From Dendrobates tinctorius (taxonomy: Eukaryota): a stretch of DNA of 64,000 nt. The position numbers were made by a program, and so were the translations under genes. The notes beneath the pieces are model-generated. The model was not told where the DNA came from. It saw only the letters and a program-made list of their open reading frames with translations, and made no database searches. The stretch lies in contig NW_027361986.1 of assembly GCF_039654945.1 (NCBI RefSeq), forward strand, positions 3,100,001 to 3,164,000. The letters run 5' to 3'. Of this stretch, positions 37,756 to 47,859 are shown piece after piece (the stretch's first letter is position 1; each line of letters starts with the position of its first letter).

Positions 37756-38962
37756 CACTCACTGGCCACTTTATTAGGTACACCATGCTAGTAAGGGGTT
37801 GGACCCCCTTTTGCCTTCAGAACTGCCTCAATTCTTTGTGGCAGAGATTCAACAAGGTGCTGGAAGCATTCCTCAGAGATTTTGGACCATATTGACATGA
37901 TGGCATCACACAGTTGGCTGCACATCCCTGATGCGAATCTCCCGTTCCACCACATCCCAAAGATGCTCTATTGGATTGAGATCTGGTGACTGAGGAGGCC
38001 ATTTGAGTACAGTAAACTCATTGTCATGTTCAAGAAACCAATCTGAGATGATTCGAGCTTTATGACATGGCGCATTATCCTGCTGAAAGTAGCCATCAGA
38101 TGTTGGGTACATTGTGGTCATAAAGGGATGGACATGGTCAGCAACAATACTCAGGTAGGCTATGGCGTTGCAACGATGCTCAATTGGTACCAAGGGGCCC
38201 AAAGAGTGCCCAGAAAAAATTCCCCACACCATGACACCACCACCACCAGCCTGAACCGTTGATACAAGGCAGGATGGATCCATGCTTTCATGTTGTTTAC
38301 GCCAAATTCTGACCCTACCATCCGAATGTCGCAGCAGAAATCGAGACTCATCAGACCAGGCAACGTTTTTCCAATCTTCTACTGTCCAATTTCGATGAGC
38401 TTGTGCAAATTGTAGCCTCAGTTTCCTGTTCTTAGCTGAGAGGAGTGGTACCCAGTGTGGTCTTCTGCTGCTGTAGCCCATCTGCCTCAAAGTTCGACGC
38501 ACTGTGCGTTCAGAGATGCTCTTCTGCCTACCTTGGTTGTAACGGGTGGCAATTTGAGTCACTGTTGCCTTTCTATCAGCTCGAACCAGTCTGCCCATTC
38601 TCCTCTGACCTCTGGCATCAACATGGCATTTCCGGCCACAGAACTGCCGCTCACTGGATTTTTTTTCTTTTTCGGACCATTCTCTGTAAACCCTAGAGAT
38701 GGTTGTGCGTGAAAATCCCAGTAGATCAGCAGTTTCTGAAATTCTCAGACCAGCCCTTCTGGCACCAACAATCATGCCACGTTCAAAGGCACTCAAATCA
38801 CCTTTCTTCCCCATACTGATGCTCGGTTTGAACTGCAGGAGATTGTCTTGACCATGTGTACATGCCTAAATGCACTGAGTTGCCGCCATGTGATTGGCTG
38901 ATTAGAAATTAAGTCTTAACACACAGTTGGACAGGTGTACCTAATAAAGTGGCCAGTGAGTG
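37756..38962 (-). mobile_element. Tc1-like DD36E (Incomer-type) transposon
   Basis: TA TSD, short TIRs CACTCACTGGCCACTTTATTAGGTACACC, 1207 bp long. Confidence 0.92.
37788..38814 (-). pseudogene. DD36E transposase with one C-terminal frameshift
   Basis: 302-aa ORF with WSDES, QQDNAPCH and SPDLNPIE (36 residues between D and E). The normal tail (DAIMSIW...KAKGGPTPY*) lies in another frame ending at 37788. Confidence 0.88.
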
Positions 38963-39545
38963 TATATTTGAGTAACATTTATAAAATTCATATGAAAGTT
39001 CAATTATGAAATATTAATACATTTTTTTTTAAAGCTGGAGTCGGTACATTTCTACCGACTCCAACCAAAACTAACTCCGACTCCACAGCCCTGACTCCAG
39101 CACAATTTTTTCTAAGTGCACAATGCTCCATTTCCTTGTAGGTTCCAATCATCTTTAGCAGTGACGGTCATCAGTAGAAGTAGCCAAGTGCTCCCACTGA
39201 AACAGAGAAACAAGCCAGGTGCTCCCACTCATTCAAAACCTATGGTGAGTTGAGTCACATTATAAATGTTATAATTAAATGATAAGTACTGCACTGCTAA
39301 AATACAACCGCGTCCATAGCCACGCCCCCTTATGACCAAAGCCCCGCCCCTGCCACACCTCCATCCCCGCCCTGCCGGGCCATGGAAGAATGGTCTTGCT
39401 TGAAACCTGTTCCTGGTGCAAAAAAGGTTGGGGACCACTGCCATAGAGAATCTATGTGGTATTGTCAAGAGGAAGATGAGAGACACCAGACCCAACAATG
39501 CAGACGAGCTGAAGGCTGCTATCAAAGCAACCAGGGCTTCCATAA

Positions 39546-39881
39546 GCCTACGTGCACACGGTGCGGATTCCGCTGCGGATTCGCAGCGTTTCAGGCTCTG
39601 CAGCAGATTTAGGTGCGTTGTACAGTACCATTGTTTTCAATGGTAAACTGAAAAACGCTGTGCACATGCTGCGGATTTGCTGCGGGTTCAAATCTGCAGC
39701 ATGCCAATTCTTTGTGCGGATTCCGCTGCGGTTTCACACCTTCTCCATTGTAGAGGTGTGAAACCGCAGGGCTAAACCGCAGGCTAATCCGCAGGTCTTT
39801 TGACCTGAGATTTTACCTGCGGATTTTTCCAAATCTGTGCGGAAAAATCCGCAGGAGCAAAATATACGTGTGCACATAGCC
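39546..39881. mobile_element. PIF/Harbinger-type MITE
   Basis: Termini GCCTACGTGCACACG / CGTGTGCACATAGCC, flanks TAA/TTA; interrupts the right arm of the outer Tc1. Confidence 0.8.
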
Positions 39882-40164
39882 TTACACCACAGCAGTGCCA
39901 CAGGCTGATCGCCTCCATGCCACGCCGCATTGATGCAGTAATTGATCCCAAAGGAGCCCCGACCAAGTATTGAGTGCATTTACTGAACATACTTTTCAGT
40001 AGGCCAACATTTCGGGTTTTAAAATAATTTTTCAAGCTGGTGTTATAAAGTATTCTAATTTATTGAGATAATGACTTTTGGGTTTTCATTGGCTGTAAGC
40101 CATAATCAGCAACATTAGCAGAAATAAACACGTGAAATAGATCACTCTGTGTGTAATGACTCTA

Positions 40165-41717
40165 CACTGTGTTCCAAATTATTATGCAAAAAATATTTCC
40201 TCATATTTTCTCTAAATTACCTATATGAATTGGAGTCATTGTTATTTTCCAGTCATCTAATATTCTAGTATAATTGCAATGTTTTTGAACAAATTGCCTA
40301 TGAAAAACAGTATATTTTTAAAAATAATAAACACTCAAAATGCATGTTCCAAATTATTATGCACAGCAGAGTATTCAGCCTTTTTATTTTGAACAAAAAA
40401 ATGGTCAATTGTGAAATTATAAGCATTATCAGCTTATTACAAAATGAAATCAAACAGTTTTCAAGTCAAAACTTTATTCTAGGTGATGTTACATTTGCAC
40501 ATAGGACCACTTGTTGGAAAGAAGCTTCTGAACTCTCTCGTCCATTGAATTTGTCAGTTTTTGGATGGTTTGTGCTTCAATTGTTTTGCATGTGGACAGA
40601 ATACCCTCCCAGAGCTGTTGCTTAGATGTGAACTGCCTCCCGCCATCATAGACACTCCTTTTGATGATGCTCCAGAGGTTCTCAATGGGGTTGAGGTCAG
40701 GGGAAGATGGTGGCCACACCATAAGTTTGTCCTCCCATAGCAGCCAGAGATGCAGATGTGTTATTTGCAGCATGAGACGGTGCATTATGCATGAAAATGA
40801 TCTTGCTGCGGAAAGCATGGTTCTTCCTCTTGAACCACGGCAGGAAGTGCTGTTTTAGAAACTCCACATAGATTATGGCGTTCATCTTTACCCCTTCAGG
40901 GATCCTAAAGGGGCCGACAATCTCTCTCCCCATGATTCCAGCCCAAAACATTACTCCACCTCCTCCTTGTTGGCGCCTTAGCTGTGTTTTCATGAGGTGT
41001 CCATCAACCAGCCATCCTCCACTCCATCCATCTGGACCATCGAGCGTTGCACGGCACTCGTCGGTGAACAAAACAGTTTGGAAGTCAGTCTTCATGTACC
41101 GTTTGGCCCACTGGAGCCGGTCTGCTTGTGTGCAGTGGATAGAGGTGGTCGACAGGATGGCTTACGCACAGCTGCAAACCTCTGAAGGACCCTGCATCTT
41201 GTTGTTCGGGGGACGTTGGAGGCATAAGCAGCTTCAAAAACTTGTCTGCTGCTATGACAAGGCATTTTTGCAGCTGCTCTTTTAACCTGACGCAATTGCC
41301 TGTTGGAAAGAGTCCTCAATTTTTCCTTATCAGCACGCACACGTGTGTGCTGGGAATCAGCTACATACTTCTTGATTGTGTGATAATCACGATGAAGTGT
41401 CTTAGCAATGTTGCTTGTAGTCATGCCTTCACCTAAATACTCCACAATTTGTTGCTTCTCAGCAGCCGACACATCCTTTTTCTTTCCCATTTTGGCAAAA
41501 AATGTAGGCTGCTTAATAATGTGGAACAGCCTTCTTAAGTAGTCTTGCCTTTATTTGGACACACCTGCCAAACTAATTTGCACAGGTATCTGCAATTGCT
41601 TTCAGTGATATAAAGAGCCCTGACACACATCACCATCAATGAGTTTAAATGACAAACAAAAAAATTCTAACCTTATCACTCCTAAACTCTTTTTGCATAA
41701 TAATTTGGAACACAGTT
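40165..41717 (-). mobile_element. Decayed Tc1-like transposon, probably TRT/DD37E lineage
   Basis: TA TSD, TIRs CACTGTGTTCCAAATTATTATGCA. Frameshifted transposase at 41490-40489 with FTDECRATLDGPDGW and [11 protein letters not shown]. The second catalytic D codon is missing, so spacing cannot be counted directly. Confidence 0.85.
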
Positions 41718-42249
41718 TATTATATGAGATTCACGTTTTTGCATTAAAGAACTGAAATAAATTAACTTTTTGATGATATTCTATTCTTGTGAGATGCACC
41801 TGTACAATACATCTTCAGTGTGATTTGCACATCAATTAAAATGCTGATTTCTCAGTAATGGAGGAACTGAGTGGTCATGTAAAGATGCTGCTGGACTTGT
41901 CTTTGATAGTGCTCTATGCGCATATAGATAGACTTAGGGGTCAAATCCTGCTCCAGATTCCCTTTAAAGGTTCCCTTGTCACAAGACAGTTGCACTTCAA
42001 GGCATTGTCTTACAATGATGTCCAGATTAAATCACACACCCCCTCCCCCACAATAAATACGGCACCTGATTAGTCCCAGAGTGAAGCAAAGTATGCTAAT
42101 ACATAATTATTCTTGATCTTCTACATGAAACTAGATGACAAGCGAGCTGCCATTACAGGGTCCACTGGGGAGACACGGCTTTAATAGGGCACCCATAGAG
42201 GACCATTAGTTTTTATTCTACGTTCATATACGCGCACAGCTCCCCTCCG

Positions 42250-42920
42250 CAGACACACAGCGCCCCCAACTCACATGCAATGCCCACAACGCACAGCGCC
42301 CCTCTACACACACAGCGCCCCTCCGCACGCGCACAGCGCCCAAGACCCACAAGCGCCCCTCCGCACGCGCACAGCGCCCAAGACCCACAAGCGCCCCTCC
42401 GCACGCGCACAGCGCCCATGACCCACAAGCGCCCCTCCGCACGCGCACAGCGCCCATGACCAAGCGCCCCTCCGCACAGCGCCCATGACCCACAAGCGAC
42501 CCTCCGCACAGCGCCCATGACCCACAAGCGACCCTCCGCACAGCGCCCATGACGCACAAGCGCCCCTCCGCACAGCGCCCATGACCCACAAGCGCCCCTC
42601 CGCACGCGCACAGCGCCCATGACCCACAAGCGCCCCTCCGCACAGCGCCCATGACCCACAAGCGCCCCTCCGCACAGCGCCCATGACCCACAAGCGCCCC
42701 TCCGCACGCGCACAGCGCCCATGACCCACAAGCGCCCCTCCGCACAGCGCCCATGACCCACAAGCGCCCCTCCGCACAGCGCCCATGACCCACAAGCGCC
42801 CCTCCGCACAGCGCCCATGACCCACAAGCGCCCCTCCGCACAGCGCCCATGACCCACAAGCGCCCCTCCGCACAGCGCCCATGACCCACAAGCGCCCCTC
42901 CGCACAGCGCCCATGACGCC
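42250..42920. repeat. GC/CpG-rich 32/38-bp minisatellite at the start of intron 1
   Basis: Unit CAGCGCCCATGACCCACAAGCGCCCCTCCGCA with an optional CGCGCA insert. Confidence 0.95.
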
Positions 42921-43033
42921 CCGCATCCCACCCTCTGCACACAACAAATGACATCACATTCGTCTCTTCTCCCAACCTGGGAAAGCTCCAGATGACACCC
43001 AGCACCTGCGGCTCAGCACAGGATTGCCCCTAC

Positions 43034-43166
43034 CTGACAGGCCCCCCATGGCCGCAGTCCAGGGTTGCCCAAAGGCCACATTCCAAGCCAGGAAAGCCGA
43101 CACACCAATGAGGGTGCCCATGGTGGCGTAAACGATCCGGATCCAGAGCTGCTTGGTGACCGCCAT
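43034..43166 (-). CDS. SLC48A1: Heme transporter HRG1, coding exon 1
   Basis: ATG at 43166 encodes [44 protein letters not shown] plus 1 nt, matching the HRG1 N-terminus (QPxTAAMGGL). GT donor at 43033-43032 (G|gtagg), phase 1. Confidence 0.95.
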
Positions 43167-43520
43167 GAAGACAGGGGCTGCGCTCCGACAACACGGGCAG
43201 AAGCCTCGCTCCGGAGCACGGGTGCGCAAACAAGAGCGCCCCTTTCAGTCTCAGCACGGATTGGCTCGCGCAGCTGTGAGCGAAACAGCTGGGAACCAAT
43301 TGCTGCGCGGAAAATGGGAGAAATTACAAAGCCAGGACCAATGAATAAAAGCAAGCCTGTTAGCCAATAGGATGAGCGCTCTGATCTGCTGTTACTAGGC
43401 AGAATTTGTACTTGGCCGGTATTACAATTGTACTAAGCTGGTGTGATGGGGAGCCGCGCTAGTGACGTCACGCAGTGCTCCGGCTTACATCATCGGTGAC
43501 GCGCCGGGGTGCTGAGTGCT
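43167..43520 (-). promoter_or_regulatory. SLC48A1 5' UTR / CpG-rich proximal promoter
   Basis: CpG-rich unique sequence upstream of the ATG. CCAAT/ATTGG boxes at 43260, 43296, 43338 and 43364; palindromic CRE GTGACGTCAC at 43462-43471. TSS not determinable. Confidence 0.7.
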
Positions 43521-43929
43521 GCTCACGTTAGCATGGAGATACGGGCACAGCGGGGTTTCGGAACAAAATGGAGACGTGCAAAAGCCAGAAGGCTCACCAT
43601 TCACCTGTGTATGTGAAACTGGAGCCATGAAATGCAAAAGGCACTGTAACTCCCTAAACGGATTGTCCACAGTTGGAGACCCCTCTAATAATGACTCCAG
43701 GGAGGTGAAAGGAATAGAGACTGATACTTCCTGGCCTGTCAGTGATCGGCTGCAGCTCTCTCATATGACGTCCCCTCATGAAGCTGAGCCGATAGTGGAC
43801 AGCCCCTTTAAGAGTATACAATGTGTCCTTAAACGGTCATGTACAGTGTGATGCATAAATGAGTACACCCCTAAAGATTTGTCAGAAAACCTTTCAGAAT
43901 CAACATTTCCTTGGGATAAACTAAGAAAT

Positions 43930-45799
43930 TGGGTCGCCCTCCCAGGGCTGTGGGGTACTCGGTACCGGGCCGGTCTCTCAGAGGGGATTGTCACAGTAGC
44001 GGTGACCCGGTCCGTGGCCCTGGCTGCCCATGTAAAAGGGATAAGTGATGGAATAAAGTTTATGAGTGAATGATTCGTGACGCCACCTGTGGAGCTCGGC
44101 AATGAAGATGTTAAGCCGACGCTGCAGACAGATCCTCTGGGACAGATGGTGTGGTGCAGCAATGATGGTGTAGCCCTCCACAGGCAGGGCTGTAGTCCCA
44201 GGGCAGAGTAGATGAAGAAGGTAGGTATTAAGGGAGAGAGTGTAGTGTCCGGCACCCAGATGTAGTGGTGATGAGTGTGTTGGCGCAGGAATAAGCAGAG
44301 GACACCAGGGCATGTAGTTCCAAAGCTTTACTCACAGTCTGTTGTGCATACAGGTGCCCGCATCCGTGTCGTGTCCTCCAGGTCAGAAGCTCAGTCAACC
44401 TCCAGGCAAGATGAAGTACTCCCTTCCAACACTCCGCCAACATATGTGCCTTTTCTGCCTATAATGAAGTACTCTCAGTACTGAGTTACACTGGAGTTCC
44501 TCCTGTCAGATGTTCCTATGAACTCTACTTGTATGGCAGACAGCTGTAGCCTACTTCGGGGACTCCTACCTAGTCCCGGCTCACTATCGTTGCTGTTGTG
44601 CCCCCAAGTCTTGTGTGGGAATAAAGTGACAACTTCTATTCCTTCGGTGTCTGCTGCAGGACTATTAGTATCCATACAACCTCGGGGACCGGACCCCAGC
44701 CTTGCGCTGTGAACTTGGGAAGGGTTCTGCTCTCACCCTAATCCTTAGTCCTCCTCTCCTCACGTTCCATACTAATCCTTCCTTCTTATGGAGAGAGTCA
44801 GGCTTTCCATCTCTGTCTCTTTCCTGTGCCAGAAGACCCAGATCACTGAGGTCGGCTGCAGCACTTCCTTCATCCATCCCACTCAGGGGATCGTCACGCT
44901 TCCTCTGACTCTGTCAGACTGACTGAGGCCAGGGTCACACTGGCGAGGAATACGGCCGAGTGAGAGGCGCTAAAAGCACGCATTAGACACGGACCAATGA
45001 TTCTCTATGGGGTCCCTCGCACCAGCCGTATATTTCTCATCCATATTCTACGGTCCGTGCCAATCGCAGCATGCTGCGATTGTCAGCGTACTACGCCCGA
45101 AGTACGCCAATGCAAGTCAATAGGTGCGCAAAAAATCCAGATTACACATGGACCACACATGTGACGTGCGAGAAATACGCACCCGGTGTCTTTTAGCAAA
45201 GCCGGCAATTCAGTGCCTATACAGTAAACTCACACTGACAGGTTTAATAAAGAAACGAAAGAATAGATATAGACACATAGAATACATATATATATATATA
45301 TATGCATTCTATGTGTCTATATCTAATCTTTGGTTTCTGTTAGAAACCCTGTCATAGGGCTCCATTATATGTCCATTTTGCAAGCCTGCGAGAAAATCTC
45401 GCCATACGGATGCCATACGGATTACATACGGATGCTTACATGCGCAAAATACGCGACCACACCTTGATTACGGATGACATACGGAGCACTATTTAGAGGT
45501 CATTCATCCGTATTACGCCTGTAAAATACTGACCGTATTTTGCGTCGGTTAGTGTGACCCCGGCCTAAATCCTAAACTCTTCCCGCTCTTTTGGTGCAGA
45601 CTAACTCCACCCGCCTCCCAGCACGCTTCGTGTTTCAAGCAGGGAGCCACCAAAGGGTGCTTTGCTACACTACTATGTTGTGTGGGATGCAGGTGTTGGA
45701 GCGTGGTCAGGTGTCTCCACCTTACCTGAATGGTGGGGTACCACACCTCAGGAGGAGGTGCAGTACCTCTGTGGCGACTGAACCCTCAGGGGCGCCACA
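43930..45799. mobile_element. Solo LTR (Gypsy-type) containing a MITE
   Basis: TGGGTCGCCC...GGGGCGCCACA termini, 4-bp TSD AAAT; shares TACTCGGTACCGGGCCG and TGACGCCACCTGTGG with 61373-62462. Confidence 0.8.
44927..45565. mobile_element. PIF/Harbinger-type MITE
   Basis: TIRs GGCCAGGGTCACACT / AGTGTGACCCCGGCC, flanks TGA/TAA. Confidence 0.8.
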
Positions 45800-47859
45800 A
45801 AATACTCCCACAAATGTGGTCACTGATGGCAAACAAGGTTTGTTATTTTGCGCACCCAAAAAAGCTAATTTCCTAACAACGTCATTCACTGGAGTGTTGC
45901 AAAAATGAGTACACCCCAAGTCTTAGGACTAAAGCTAAAATACAAATTGGTCTCCCATGCCATCTTTAAAAAGGGAAGGTGTTAGGAATGGAGTGATGGG
46001 TGACGCCAATCTAAGGCTTAGGTCATCGGAGCGCTGGCAGCGCCCCCAATCTGGGCAGGTAGCAAACTAGCCACCCCAGATAGATCCACCATTGTGTGTG
46101 TAACACCCCTTTAGGGCTACCACTGTACCCTGGGTGTTATGGAGGGTCTCACCTCTTTTGTACGCAGTGCCTCCACCCGAATCTTGACTGGAGCTCTGTC
46201 TCTGGGCTGCAGAAGGACAGTTATCTCGGGAAACCCCTGCCACAGCTCAGCTCGGTACACACTCAGGAAGCAGGTTTAAAACAGTTTAACAGATTTATTG
46301 CTATAAAGCAGAATTGAGGTGGGTTTAAAGGAATAAACATACAATGCAATTAACTGTGCTCTATAAAAGTCATATACACATCACCGTCTAATTAAACTAC
46401 AACCCTGCAAACATAACGTGGCAAAGTCCCCCTCTTCTGTATTTACTCAGTCCAAACGTTGGGGCCCAGTTGCCGCGGATTTTGGCGCGCAAAGTAACAA
46501 TCGTGGGTGCAATTAGATGAACATTGATGTCAATAGTTTATATTGCCTTGTACTCACTATAAATAGTGCTGATAGAACCACAAGTCTCATAAGAGCACTC
46601 ACTGTCTCTAATGACCAGAGGATTCTTTGGACTCCAGCTGGGGGCTGCAGGATTTAGACCTTTATCTGATGGGAGTGCCGGCCGGACTCTCTGGATTTTT
46701 GCTCTCTCCAGCAACACAGGTATCTCTGCGGGGTCCCCCACACTCTGCAACTTAGGGGAATCAAGATCCACATCGCTCTGTCTCTCATGACCAGCAGCAG
46801 CCACGTTCTCTCTCTTCTGCACATTTCCTTTCACTTTCTCCACAGCGTCCTCCTCCAAGTCCCTCCTCCTCCTTTCTTCTATCATCTCACTGGAACAAGG
46901 ATTCCTGGGAGTTATAGTCTTCTGCCACTCAGGAGAAAAACGATTAGTGTCTGTAGGTCCTGTTTAACAGCCACTGCAAAACTCTTCTTAGAGTGTGTAA
47001 GCTCCAGCATGCCGGTAGATGCTCTGACAGTTCCCTGTGCAGGTGTTACATTCTCCCCATGGTGAGTCATTGAAAGTGTCCCATCACGATATGAGGACTC
47101 ACCACCTGAAACATGAAGGGGGGTTAGAGCATCCTGACTAACATCAAATTTCCATGCACACAAACCACCACCTAGACACATGGGAGATACCGAAAAATAG
47201 GGCCAAACAGAATTTGAATTTCCTGAGCACATGGGAGATACCGGGAAATAAGGCCAAACAGAATTGGAATTAGGAGGGTATCAGCCTAGGGGCCTCAGTG
47301 ATAAGTACCATTCTATCATAGGTCAACATCATGGGGGGCCTAACGTCCCGTTTGGGACGAGTGTGTACCGAGGGGGCCCCCTCCTCAACCCCCAACTCTT
47401 GTCTCTCCAAAACGGGCTCCTCCAGATGGACATCTTCATTCAACAAATGTCCTTCTTCTGGACTCTCCCCCCAATTGTGGACAGAGCGCATTAGCCTCCT
47501 GACAAATGTCCTTTGTTGGTGTTTCCACTTGAGGAGTCTGATTTTCAAAGCCCGAGCCTGTGGGGCATGGGTCCTCGGTCCATCTGTGGCTCCATTGACC
47601 GTCAGTTTCCCATTCATCCCCAGATTCGCTGTCACTTCCTCCTGAGGAAACCCCAAGCTGGGGTGGTTGTTCACCCCTACGACTTCTCCTATTGCACAAA
47701 GGGGTGGAACGACCTCCTTGAATTGGTAATGGTGGTAAAGGGATGTTCTTTCCCACAGGCAACAGATGGTGTCGATGATAGGGGGCAGAGCTGTCAAAAC
47801 CTCTCTCAGGCTTTACTCTGTAGGCTGGGACACCAGGCAGCTTCTCCATCACCACATAA

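Larger units (their letters stand above)
33692..39093 (-). mobile_element. Formerly autonomous hAT transposon
   Basis: TIRs CAGGGCTGTGGAGTCGG / CCGACTCCACAGCCCTG, 8-bp TSD ACTCCAGC, internal transposase. Confidence 0.92.
31635..39440. mobile_element. Non-autonomous hAT element with nested insertions
   Basis: TIRs CAGGGGTCCCCAACC / GGTTGGGGACCACTG, 8-bp TSD CCATAGAG. Confidence 0.9.
30531..41802. mobile_element. Fold-back Tc1 (DD34E) derivative, outer shell of the nested stack
   Basis: TA TSD, TIRs CAGGTGCATCTCACAA / TTGTGAGATGCACCTG. The transposase 3' half (VMVWGAMS...QQDLAP...[10 protein letters not shown], 34 residues between D and E) occurs on - at 30800-31271 and on + from about 31283. 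Confidence 0.9.
43844..45960. mobile_element. Tc1-like terminal fragment (IR/DR type), split by a solo LTR
   Basis: TA|CAGTG start; GCA(T/A)AAATGAGTACACCCC repeated near 43852 and 45899. Confidence 0.55.

Noticed and set aside
42213-43005. Three overlapping 233-244 aa ORFs
   Set aside because: Stop-free GC-rich VNTR; the peptides are periodic with no domain signature.
43167-43229. 21-aa N-terminal extension of HRG1 in the ORF track
   Set aside because: Starts at a non-ATG codon; the ATG at 43166 gives the expected ~145-aa protein.
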